Source: an uncultured Actinomycetes bacterium
GTDB taxonomy: Bacteria > Actinomycetota > Actinomycetes > S36-B12 > UBA5976
Assembly: GCA_903951185.1 (NCBI GenBank)
Contig: CAJBBC010000101.1
Coordinates: 1 to 45,843, forward strand
Direction: 5' to 3'
DNA length: 45,843 nucleotides
Shown here: in pieces, positions 17,925-27,400 of the stretch
Layout of the letters: each line of letters starts with the position of its first letter
How positions within the stretch are numbered: position 1 is the stretch's first letter
The notes under the pieces: generated by a model
Seen by the model: only the letters and a program-made list of their open reading frames with translations
Database searches by the model: none
What the model was told of the DNA's origin: nothing
Position numbers and translations under genes: made by a program

Positions 17925-19055
17925 TTAATTGCGATTCGGGGTAACGCCTAAATTCATCCCAACTAAACCGCGCGGCCTGGTGCCTAATTTACTGGCAATC
18001 TCAATTAGCGCTTTAGCTGCTGGTAAATCTGGATCCGATAAAACAATCGGCTGACCATTGTCGCCGCCAGAACGAAGTTTTGGATCGAACGGGATTTTTC
18101 CAAGTAGTGAAACCTCTTGGCTAATGTTTTTAGTTAGCGTTTCAGCAACCATTTGTCCGCCGCCAGCACCGAACATGTCAATTGGCTCACCACAATGTGG
18201 ACAAGCAAACGCTGACATATTTTCAATAACGCCAGCTACTCGTTGTTTAAGTTGCGGAGCCAACATACCTGCACGCACAGCAACATCTGCTGCGGCAGCT
18301 TGTGGCGTAGTGACAATAATTAATTCGCTTTGCGGAAGTAAGTGTGCAGTTGAAATCGCGATGTCACCAGTACCTGGCGGCAAGTCAAGTAGTAAAACGT
18401 CTAAGTCGCCCCACCAAACTTCAGACAAGAATGATTCAAGGTAGCGATGTAACATCGGTCCACGCATGGCTACTGGCTCATGGCGACCCTGAGGTTTCAA
18501 TGCCAACATACTCATCACGCGCACTTCATGACCCTGTGGTGGCATGATCATGTTTTCAACTTTTAACGGTGCTTCGGTAATACCCAGCATGTCCGGAATT
18601 GAATGTCCGTAAATATCTGCATCTAAAATGCCAACTGCTAAGCCTTGCGCGGCCATAGCGGCAGCTAAGTTCGTGGTCACTGATGATTTACCAACTCCGC
18701 CTTTACCTGAGGCAATGGCGTAGATTCGAGTTAAATTACCAGGCTGGTTAAAGCGAATTTCTTTAGTTGGCCCTTGTAGTTTTTCACGAAGGGCAGTGCG
18801 CTGTTCTGGGCTCATCACATCTAGTTCAACTTCGACAGCAGTTACGTCCCGGACTTTACTTACTGCATCTTTTACGCCGCCGACAATTTTGTCTTGCATT
18901 GGGCAAGCGGCGATTGTGAGGTAAACGGAAACAGTTACTGTTCCACCATCAATTTTTACATCTTTGACCATATCCACTTCAGTGATAGGTCGGCGGATTT
19001 CAGGGTCAATAACGGTTGCTAATGCAGCGTCAACTGCTTCGCGGGATACGCTCAC
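17925..19055 (-). CDS. mrp: Fe-S cluster carrier ATPase Mrp/ApbC with N-terminal DUF59
   Basis: Motifs IASGKGGVGKSSVTTNLA and CPHCGE. N-terminal MIP18/DUF59-like domain. Confidence 0.9.
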   Translation of the reverse strand: MSVSREAVDAALATVIDPEIRRPITEVDMVKDVKIDGGTVTVSVYLTIAACPMQDKIVGGVKDAVSKVRDVTAVEVELDVMSPEQRTALREKLQGPTKEIRFNQPGNLTRIYAIASGKGGVGKSSVTTNLAAAMAAQGLAVGILDADIYGHSIPDMLGITEAPLKVENMIMPPQGHEVRVMSMLALKPQGRHEPVAMRGPMLHRYLESFLSEVWWGDLDVLLLDLPPGTGDIAISTAHLLPQSELIIVTTPQAAAADVAVRAGMLAPQLKQRVAGVIENMSAFACPHCGEPIDMFGAGGGQMVAETLTKNISQEVSLLGKIPFDPKLRSGGDNGQPIVLSDPDLPAAKALIEIASKLGTRPRGLVGMNLGVTPNRN

Positions 19056-19081
19056 AAATACTCCAGAGTCAAATGTTGAAA

Positions 19082-19618
19082 TTAATTTTTAGATTTAGGT
19101 TCGTTAGAGTCATCTTCTGATAATTCTTTTTCGCCTTTTAGTAACTCATTGAATTCTTCCAGAAGTGAACGGATTTCGCTTCTTAAGTAATCACGAGTAG
19201 CCACTTCACCCATAGCGATACGTAAGGCAGCAATTTCTCGAGTTAAGTAATCAGAATCAGCCATTAACCGTAAAGTTTGTTCACGGTCCTCTTTGTACTG
19301 CACGCGATCACGGTCAGTTTGACGATTTTGGGCAAGCAAAATTAGCGGGGCAGCGTATGAAGCTTGTAGCGACAATGCCAAAGTTAAAAATAAAAACGGG
19401 AATGGATCTATCCGTAAATCAGCTGGCGCAAATTGATTCCAAACTAACCAACCGGCAATTACTAAAGTCATCCAACCTAAGAACCGCCAGGAACCTAAGA
19501 ACCGGGCAACTCGTTCACTTACTCGACCAGCTGCTTCAGAATCAACAGTTGGTCGCAGTGAGCGACTACGTACTAGAGGCTGATCCAATCGTGGACCACG
19601 TCGTTCTTTGCGTGCCAT
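19082..19618 (-). CDS. DUF1003 membrane protein
   Basis: Sequence RFLGSWRFLGWMTLVIAGWLVWN...DPFPFLFLTLALSLQASYAAPLILLAQNRQ. Confidence 0.8.
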   Translation of the reverse strand: MARKERRGPRLDQPLVRSRSLRPTVDSEAAGRVSERVARFLGSWRFLGWMTLVIAGWLVWNQFAPADLRIDPFPFLFLTLALSLQASYAAPLILLAQNRQTDRDRVQYKEDREQTLRLMADSDYLTREIAALRIAMGEVATRDYLRSEIRSLLEEFNELLKGEKELSEDDSNEPKSKN

Positions 19619-19620
19619 AA

Positions 19621-20874
19621 TCAGCCCTCCTCATCTAGTTCTTTGTCGCGCCAATCCTCTGGCAACATGTGGTCGATAACGTCATCAATCGTCACCGCCC
19701 CGATCAAATGATCATTCTCGTCTACAACCGGTAATGCCACCAAGTTGTAAGTTGCGAAATACCGCGCAACTTGACCAAGCGGAGCACTTGGACCGATTGG
19801 TTCAAGTGAAGTATCAAGTGCACTTGAAACTAGTGTTCCTGGGTGTTCACGTAGTAGTCGCTGAACATGTGCCACACCTAAGTATTTTCCAGTTGGAGTT
19901 TCAAGCGGTGGCCGCACAACATAAACCTGTGAAGCTAATGCCGGGGAGAGTTCAGGTACACGCACTTGGGCTAGAGCTTCAGCAATAGTTGAGTCCGGGC
20001 CAAGGATTACCGGTTCTGTAGTCATCATGCCGCCAGCTGAAAAGTCGTCATAGGAAAGTAGGCGGCGAAGATCTTCAGCTTCATCCGGTTCCATTGCTTC
20101 GAGAAATTCTTCAGCTTGTTCTGGTGGTAATTCACTTAATAGATCTGCAGCGTCGTCTGGATCCATTTCTTCCAAAACTTCACGGGCTCGATCTAATCCC
20201 ATCGCCGACATAATTTCAACGCGATCGTCTTCAGGTAATTCTTCAAACACGTCAGCTAGTTTTTCTAAATCCAAACCACTAACTAATTCAAGGCGTCGCT
20301 TACTTGGCAATTCTTGTAACATGTTCGCTAAATCAGCTGGGCGCATTTCTTCGATTGACGCAAGAAGTGAATCAACAGCTTGATCAGCAGATTCTAGAAA
20401 TAACCCGGAAACTTCGTTCCAATCAAGATTTTCAGTTGAACCACGTCGACCAAAACCTGGGGCAGCATGACGAATGAATAACCGAGAAACAACCCAATCA
20501 CGAGTGCGTTCTTGAGTCATTGCAATGTCTTGTACTGTTGCTTTCTTAGTTGAGCCAAGTAAAGTCACATTTCGATCTAATAATTCTGCAATAACAAGTT
20601 TTTCACCAGCTCGTCGTTCAAAGCGGCGAAGATTAACTACACCACTGGTCACAACTGCGCCTGAATCAATTGAATTAATCCTTGACATAGGCACAAAAAT
20701 CTTGCGGCGTGGAGCAACTTCAACAACAAAACCTAAAACAGAAGGTGCGCGTCCAGTTGCTCGGTCAGTTACTACGACATCGCGAATTTTGCCTACTTGA
20801 TCACCGGCTGGATCAAATACGGCAGTACTGGCTAACCGAGCCAGATATATGCGAGTTTGAGTTGTAGTCACCAT
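19621..20874 (-). CDS. MgtE N-terminal/CBS-pair domain protein without a channel domain (Rv1232c-like)
   Basis: Acidic helical MgtE_N-type repeats (ELPEDDRVEIMSAMGLDRAREVLEEMDPDDAADLLSELPPEQAEEF), then a CBS pair. No TM segment. Confidence 0.8.
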   Translation of the reverse strand: MVTTTQTRIYLARLASTAVFDPAGDQVGKIRDVVVTDRATGRAPSVLGFVVEVAPRRKIFVPMSRINSIDSGAVVTSGVVNLRRFERRAGEKLVIAELLDRNVTLLGSTKKATVQDIAMTQERTRDWVVSRLFIRHAAPGFGRRGSTENLDWNEVSGLFLESADQAVDSLLASIEEMRPADLANMLQELPSKRRLELVSGLDLEKLADVFEELPEDDRVEIMSAMGLDRAREVLEEMDPDDAADLLSELPPEQAEEFLEAMEPDEAEDLRRLLSYDDFSAGGMMTTEPVILGPDSTIAEALAQVRVPELSPALASQVYVVRPPLETPTGKYLGVAHVQRLLREHPGTLVSSALDTSLEPIGPSAPLGQVARYFATYNLVALPVVDENDHLIGAVTIDDVIDHMLPEDWRDKELDEEG

Positions 20875-21064
20875 CCAAAGTTACCCTAGATTTAAGGCTT
20901 TTCTGGTTCGCCCAACTCCGCTAAGTACTTGCAGGGATAGAAATATCAACAGATTTTCACAATGGGCTGACTAACTTTTATTCAAATAGGCTTAAGTTCA
21001 TGTCCGGTGGCAAGCACAATTTCAGGTTGGCTAAATCAAATATCAATGGCCGAATAATTGGTCT

Positions 21065-21793
21065 TTGCCCGAGCAATTTGGTGGCAGGTTACTAATGTTT
21101 GAAGCCAAGCCGGGAACTTTTTTAGCCACCCTCAATAAGCGCCTTACTCGAACCATCATCACTGGTGCTGAGCATTTAGTGGCGCTCGGCAAATCTGGCC
21201 CAGGGATGTTGATTATGAATCACACGACGGTTGTTGATGTGATTGTCACTTTAGGTTCATTACATAAGTTGGGTTACACCGTTGATGTTGCTTGTAAAGA
21301 GAGCTGTACACACACTCGGCACATTCGCCCGATTGGTACTTCAGATGTTTGGAATTATTCCTTCACCCGAAAAATTGTTGAAGGCAGCGGAGTAATTCCC
21401 GTTGATCAACATGATGGTCGAAGCGCATATCGTGACGCACTTCGCGCATTAGATAACGATGAGTGTGTACTTATTTATCCAGAAGGCGATGTGAAAATAA
21501 ATGCAGACGCTTCACCTCGACCTTGGCGTCCAGGTGCAGTTGCTTTAGCAAAGTCTCGACTAATGCCGATTATTCCAATTGCTCATCACGACAGTCGAAA
21601 ACTTGGTTCAGGTACTGTTGCTAAAAGTATTATCTTGGCGTTAACGCGTTGGTCTAAGCGACCGGTTATTCATTTAAATATCGGTCGACCAATATTTCCT
21701 GAAGAGTTAGTTGGTAAGAATGCAACTGAGATTGGGCAAATAATGTTTGATCGATTAGTTGAAACTTGGCAGCTTGCTAAAGCGGCTAACTAA
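21065..21793 (+). CDS. PlsC-family acyltransferase
   Basis: HX4D motif NHTTVVD and the YPEGD motif. Start is TTG 21065 or ATG 21095. Confidence 0.7.
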   Translation: MPEQFGGRLLMFEAKPGTFLATLNKRLTRTIITGAEHLVALGKSGPGMLIMNHTTVVDVIVTLGSLHKLGYTVDVACKESCTHTRHIRPIGTSDVWNYSFTRKIVEGSGVIPVDQHDGRSAYRDALRALDNDECVLIYPEGDVKINADASPRPWRPGAVALAKSRLMPIIPIAHHDSRKLGSGTVAKSIILALTRWSKRPVIHLNIGRPIFPEELVGKNATEIGQIMFDRLVETWQLAKAAN

Positions 21794-21795
21794 AG

Positions 21796-23244
21796 TTAAT
21801 TACTTTTACGAGTGCGGGTCCGCTCACGCTTTTCACGTGGTTCACGCTTTTGCGCGGCAGCTTCGACTTTTTCAGTTTCCTTTTTAGGAGCATCTTTTCT
21901 CGGCAAATCTTTTTTAGCCGCAAGCCTGGCAGAAGAATTAGTTGATTTTGGCTTCTTATTCTTATGCGTTCCAGTTTCACCTAAGTCTTCGATTTTTTCT
22001 GAATCTAATCCAGAACGCTCACGCTTAGCGGTTGGTAATTTTCCAGTAACTGACTTAGCAATGTTTAAACCAGTGTAGATATGTTCACTTGATGAGTAAG
22101 TTTCAATTGGGTCATGGAATGGTAAGCCCAGTGCTCGGTTGATCATTTGCCAGCGATTTATGTCTTGCCAATCAACAAGTGTGATTGCAACGCCCGAGTT
22201 TCCAGCTCGACCGGTTCGACCGACTCGGTGTGTATAAGTTTTTTCATCATCTGGACATTCGTAATTAATTACGTGCGTTACATCCGCTACATCGATACCG
22301 CGAGCAGCCACATCAGTAGCTACTAAAATATCGATTTTGCCTGCGCGGAATGCCCGCAACGCTTGTTCACGCGCACCTTGGCCAAGGTCACCGTGTACTG
22401 AGCCAACAGCAAAACCGCGACCAGCTAAGTCGTCGCTTAATGAACTAGCGACACGTTTTGTGCGACAGAAAACAATAGTTAGACCGCGACCTTCGGCTTG
22501 CAAAATCCGAGCGACTAGTTCTTGTTTATCCATTTGATGACAGCGCCAAACATGCTGCTCAATTGCATCAACAAGAGATGAATCACTATCTGGATCAACT
22601 GCGCGAATGTGAGTTGGCTGAGTCATATATCGCTTGGCCAGCGAAACAATCTGACTTGGCATAGTGGCCGAGAAAAGCATAGGTTGGCGATCTGCATTAC
22701 ATTTACTAACTAATTTTTCAACGTCTGGCAAGAAGCCCATATCTAACATTTCGTCAGCTTCATCCATGACAAGAACTTTGATATGTGAAAGATCTAAGTA
22801 GTTCTGTTTAATCAAGTCAATTAATCGACCTGGTGTACCGACTATTACTTCAACACCTTTAGCAATTGCTTCAATTTGTGGTTCATAAGCTCGGCCACCG
22901 TAAAGACTGAGAACTCGAATACCTAAATTCTTACTGGCCATATCTAAATCTTCAGCAACTTGGACAGCTAGCTCACGAGTAGGCACAATGACTAGAGCTT
23001 GCGGAGAACCGGCATGTTTAAACGAATCCCAAGAAGGTGAGTTCGGGCCGATAACTCGAGTAAGTAAAGGTAGCCCGAAACCAAAAGTTTTACCGGTTCC
23101 AGTTTTGGCTTGGCCAATTAGATCTTTGCCAGTTAATGCCAGTGGCAAAGTAAGTTCTTGGATTTGAAAAGCTTCAGTAATTCCATGGTTTGCCAAAGCG
23201 ACACATATTTCGTCTGGGACGCCAAGTTCGGCAAAAGTAGTGAT
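21796..23244 (-). CDS. rhlE: DEAD-box RNA helicase (RhlE-like); the true start lies upstream of the ORF-track TTG
   Basis: Motifs AKTGTGKT, PTRELA, DEAD, SAT and HRVGRTGRAG, plus a basic C-terminal tail. Q-motif residues TTFAELGVPDEICVALANHGITEAFQIQ begin upstream of TTG 23196. The 5' end at ATC 23244 is tentative. Confidence 0.88.
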   Translation of the reverse strand: MTTFAELGVPDEICVALANHGITEAFQIQELTLPLALTGKDLIGQAKTGTGKTFGFGLPLLTRVIGPNSPSWDSFKHAGSPQALVIVPTRELAVQVAEDLDMASKNLGIRVLSLYGGRAYEPQIEAIAKGVEVIVGTPGRLIDLIKQNYLDLSHIKVLVMDEADEMLDMGFLPDVEKLVSKCNADRQPMLFSATMPSQIVSLAKRYMTQPTHIRAVDPDSDSSLVDAIEQHVWRCHQMDKQELVARILQAEGRGLTIVFCRTKRVASSLSDDLAGRGFAVGSVHGDLGQGAREQALRAFRAGKIDILVATDVAARGIDVADVTHVINYECPDDEKTYTHRVGRTGRAGNSGVAITLVDWQDINRWQMINRALGLPFHDPIETYSSSEHIYTGLNIAKSVTGKLPTAKRERSGLDSEKIEDLGETGTHKNKKPKSTNSSARLAAKKDLPRKDAPKKETEKVEAAAQKREPREKRERTRTRKSN

Positions 23245-23330
23245 TTTGACTCCCAGATAAATATGAACAAATTAAGCGATTTTCGCAGTGGATTACATCG
23301 TACCGTCAAGGTGTCGCTAACCTAAACGTT

Positions 23331-23981
23331 GTGACTAGTCCCGCAGTTGTTGATCTCTTAGGTTTACTCGCATATGGCGAATTAGCCTCATTTGGACATA
23401 TGGCCGCTGATGCACAAAATGCACCTTCTCTCTATGACAAAGCTCAGATGTCAAAATTCGCAACTGTTGAGCATGACAATTACAACAGTATTTGCGCTCG
23501 GCTGACTGCTTTGGGCGTAGATCCGATTACTGCGATGCAACCTTTCTCAACTGCACTCGACGCTTACCATGCGCAATTAATCCCAAGTAATTGGTTAGAA
23601 GGTTTAGTTAAGTCATACATCGGTGAAGGCATTGCCGCAGATTTCTATCGCGAAGTTAGTAAGTATTTAGATAAAGAAACTGCCGAACTAGTTGAAGAAG
23701 TTTTGACCGATCGTGGTTTAGCAGATTTTGCAATTGAGCGCATTAGACAAGCTTGCGATGGTGATTCAGTTACTGCTGGTCGCCTTGCGCTCTGGGGTCG
23801 CCGCATGATGGGCGAGATGATTGCGCAAGCTGGACAAGTGGCCACACATCGAAATGCATTAGCTGAATTATTTATTTCAAGTGAACCAAATGAATTATCA
23901 GCAGAAGACGTAACTGGATTAGTAAATCGATTAACAGTCGGTCATGCTCGAAGAATGGATGTTTTAGGTTTCGCTAGTTAG
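23331..23981 (+). CDS. ferritin-like fold protein (Rv3210c-like position)
   Basis: All-helical 216-aa ORF. It sits between the rhlE-like and DUF3107 genes as in Mtb Rv3211/Rv3210c/Rv3208A. The assignment rests mostly on synteny. Confidence 0.55.
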   Translation: MTSPAVVDLLGLLAYGELASFGHMAADAQNAPSLYDKAQMSKFATVEHDNYNSICARLTALGVDPITAMQPFSTALDAYHAQLIPSNWLEGLVKSYIGEGIAADFYREVSKYLDKETAELVEEVLTDRGLADFAIERIRQACDGDSVTAGRLALWGRRMMGEMIAQAGQVATHRNALAELFISSEPNELSAEDVTGLVNRLTVGHARRMDVLGFAS

Positions 23982-24064
23982 CGAAACTAAAACATCCAAA
24001 AAGATACTGTGTTTATTAATTAATTTGCAAAGCAAATTAATTTTAGGTTTCGCTAGTTAGCGAA
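23962..24064. repeat. 24-nt perfect direct repeat (23962-23985 and 24041-24064) flanking an AT-rich palindrome
   Basis: TTTTAGGTTTCGCTAGTTAGCGAA occurs twice, 79 bp apart. Each copy contains the palindrome TTCGCTA-GT-TAGCGAA. Confidence 0.9.
24018..24042. terminator. perfect 11-bp AT-rich hairpin between convergent genes (possible bidirectional terminator)
   Basis: AATTAATTTGC-AAA-GCAAATTAATT, followed by TT. Confidence 0.5.
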
Positions 24065-24274
24065 TCCGACTTTGCCTGAAGTTGGTACGCCAACTTCAAC
24101 GTAAGCAATTTTGTCGCCAGGCACCATCACAGTGCGACCTTTGTCGTCAGTAAGAGTAAGTAGTGAACCATCTTTAATCGCAGCTGCTACTTTTGTATTC
24201 ACATCAGTAGGGGAGTCATTGCTTTCGAGTGCTACTTCGCGAGCTGTATTTTGAACGCCGATTCGAATATCCAT
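24053..24274 (-). CDS. DUF3107 protein (TB9.4/Rv3208A-like)
   Basis: MDIRIGVQNTAREVALES...LLTLTDDKGRTVMVPGDKIAYVEVG. ATG 24274 is preceded by AGGAG. The longer ORF-track N-terminus is rejected. Confidence 0.8.
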   Translation of the reverse strand: MDIRIGVQNTAREVALESNDSPTDVNTKVAAAIKDGSLLTLTDDKGRTVMVPGDKIAYVEVGVPTSGKVGFAN

Positions 24275-24451
24275 GATGCTCCTAAAGGGACTAACTTTTG
24301 AGGTATAAGTACCTCTCCACCTTATTTGGCGCGCCAAATATGTGTTGGCCCGCTTCGCTACGGGCAAAATGTTCGGCTAGTGCACCATTTACAGGGTAAA
24401 CATTGCCCGAATCGTAAATCCCTTATTTATTAGGGTAAATTTGGGTTCATT

Positions 24452-27400
24452 GTGGTTCGGCAAAAACAAAAAATTATGGGCAGCACCTTGGTATCGGTGC
24501 GTTTTCTTATTGCAACAATTATCGCAATAGTTCCAACACTTACAGTTTTAAATCCAGCAAATGCGGCAGCTTCGGGCACTATGCCGAATTCAATGGTGGC
24601 TGACATCACAAACTTTAAACTGCTTTCCAGCACTGGCACTACTCCGAGTATTTCGAATTTTTCAGGTTCTGTTCGAGTTGTAGTTACAACCACAAATGGA
24701 ACATCTAAAATCACAACGACGACGGGGCTTACGGCCCCTACTGGCTATTCCTCAAGTGACTGGACTGCGGGAGCAGCCTCGCTTGGTTTTGAAGGTAATT
24801 TAACAAACGTAAATAATGCAATTGCGACAATTAGTTTTAAGGGAACGTCCGCAGCTTCAGCAGCAAGTGTTCAAGTAAGCGCAATATCTGCTGGGGCGGC
24901 TTACAATCCTGACAACGGACATTATTACGAGATTGTTAATAATGGCTCTGCAATCAACTGGGCAACCGCTAGAGCAAATGCTAAAGCTCGAACATTCAAC
25001 GGATTAACTGGATATCTGGCAACTATTACTTCACAAGCTGAACAAACCTTTCTTTACAGCAAAACTGTAACTACAGGATGGATTGGTGCATCCGACGGAT
25101 ACGACGTTTCAACTAACCAAATTTGGAAATGGGCAGATGGTCCCGAAGCCGGCCAAACTTTCTGGACCACCGCTTGCGGAACAGGTGCACAAGGGATTTG
25201 TTCCAGTACCGGAATGTATAACTTTTGGAACTCCGGTGAACCCAATGGGGTTAACGGTAGCGAAGATAATGGCGAATTTGGTTTCGGTAGCGGTGGTCAA
25301 TGGAATGATTGCCAAAATGGCTGTAACCGTACTCAGTACATTGTTGAGTATGGCGGTGCCGGCGGTACAGCAGCCGAGTCCTTTGAAGCAACTACATCAA
25401 TAACCGTCACCGCCGTTCCGGCAGCACCAACAATTAATTCATTAACTATAGACAATGCTGCAATCGGTGTTAATTTCACAGCCGGTTCTGCGAACAATTC
25501 TGAGATAACTAAATTTCAATATTCGACTAACAGCGGAACTAACTGGGCAGATTTATCTGGTTTAACTTCGCCTCAAGTTATTACGTCAACTAGCGCTGGA
25601 ACATCGCTCTCAAATGGGACGAGCTATACCGTGATCATTCGAGCCGTGAATGCGGTTGGTAACAGTTTGGCAAGCTCAGGCGTAAGTGGAACTCTTGGGA
25701 GTCCTACAAATAGCGACACTTGGTCGGGTGCAGCACAAGTCTGCCCTCGATTAAGTCTTTCCTCTTCGTGCACATTCACCGGAAATAACAGCAGTGGAAC
25801 ATCTCAGTCGCACTCAGGTTGGTCAGAAGGCTGGGGTGGGAAAACAGTTTGGTACAAGTTCTCTCCGCTAGAAAGTGGAACAGTTACTATTCGTGCAACA
25901 TCACCAAGCTTTGACAACACATTACATTTAACAAGCAGTTCTGATTCCCTCTTAACTTCTAACGACGACTCCTATGGATTAGACGCAAAAGTTGCCTATT
26001 CGGTAACAGCAGGGCAGACGTATTATTTCGCTCTTGGCTCCTATTCAAGCGGAGCGGGTAGCGCAACTCTTAGCGTTTCGATGTCAGTACCAACACCACC
26101 GTCTAGTCCAACGGCAAGTACTAGTGGAGTAAGTCGCACGGCGGTTGTTAGTTGGACTGCCTCAAATGCTTCGGCTGAAGGAACGACAAGCTATGAAATT
26201 GCTCCATTTGTTGGCGGGGTGCAAGTTACTCCAACCACTGGCATAACAAATTTGACGGTTTCAGGTACACCGCCACTGACTACCTCAACTGTTTCTGGCT
26301 TAACTAATGGCACTTCATACACGTTCAAAATTCGTTCAGTAAATGCAAATGGACCGAGTGCATGGTCCACTGAAACTTCTGCCATCACAATTTATGGGCC
26401 AGCGAGTGCGCCTTCGTCTTTAATTAAGGCACAAGATAATCAACAAGTAACGGTTTCTTTCACGGGTGTTTCGGGTTCTGGCCTAAATGGTGGAACTTTT
26501 GTCAGGTACGAATATCAAGTGGGATCAGGATCGTGGGTTGATATTGGATCAAGTTTAAGTTTTACAGCATCGGGTTTAACTAATGGAACTGCTTACACAT
26601 TCAACGTCAGAGCTATAACGCTGGTCGGCGCTTCAAACATTAACGGAACATCAGCATCTATTTCTGGCACGCCAAATATTTTGCCTGCAAACACAGTCAG
26701 TCCAACTATTTCAGGTACAGCGCAACATGGACAAACATTCTCTATTCCAAGCGAAGGAACATGGACCGGCGGAGGAATAAGTTACACATACCAATGGCAA
26801 CGAGCTAGTTCACCGTCCGGAACTTTCACGGACATATCTGGTGCCACATCAACAACCTATGTAACTGGAAATTCAGATCTAGGAAATTTTCTAAGAATTA
26901 AAATTATTGGAACAAATTCGACTGGAGCGGGCTATGGTTACTCCGGCGCTTCGGCAGAAATTTTAGACCAACCGGCAATTAACAGTTCCGCTCCATCGAT
27001 AACTGGTACAAAAACTGTCGGCTCAACACTCACAGCATTAGCAGGAACTTGGGCAGGTACAAGAAATGTCTACACTTATGAATGGTTTCGGTCTGAGGTA
27101 TCTGGAGGTGCTGCAACCCTAATTTCCGGTGCAAATTCTTCAACATATTTACTAGCAGTTGAGGATGCGGGAAAGTTCATACACGTTTTGGTAACGGCAA
27201 CAAATTCATCAGGTATTAATTCAGCGAATAGCTCTGAAACTACCGCTATCAGCAAAGCAAGCCAAACGCTCTCCAATTTTTCAAATCCCGGCACCACTGC
27301 GTATTCTTCAGGTTCTGCCGCTATTTCCGCAGAGAGCAACCGGGGATTAGTAATTGATTTTGGTTCAGCGACATCAGCAGTGTGTTTAGTTGGAAGTGAA

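Noticed and set aside
21000-21095. 31-codon ORF (MSGGKHNFRLAKS...) just upstream of the acyltransferase in a different frame, as evidence of a frameshifted N-terminus
   Set aside because: The acyltransferase frame already provides a plausible N-terminus before the HX4D motif. The small ORF shows no recognisable similarity.
25083-25403. 106-aa alternative-frame ORF within the lectin-domain region of the giant gene
   Set aside because: It overlaps a frame with unmistakable CTLD motifs and shows no features of its own.
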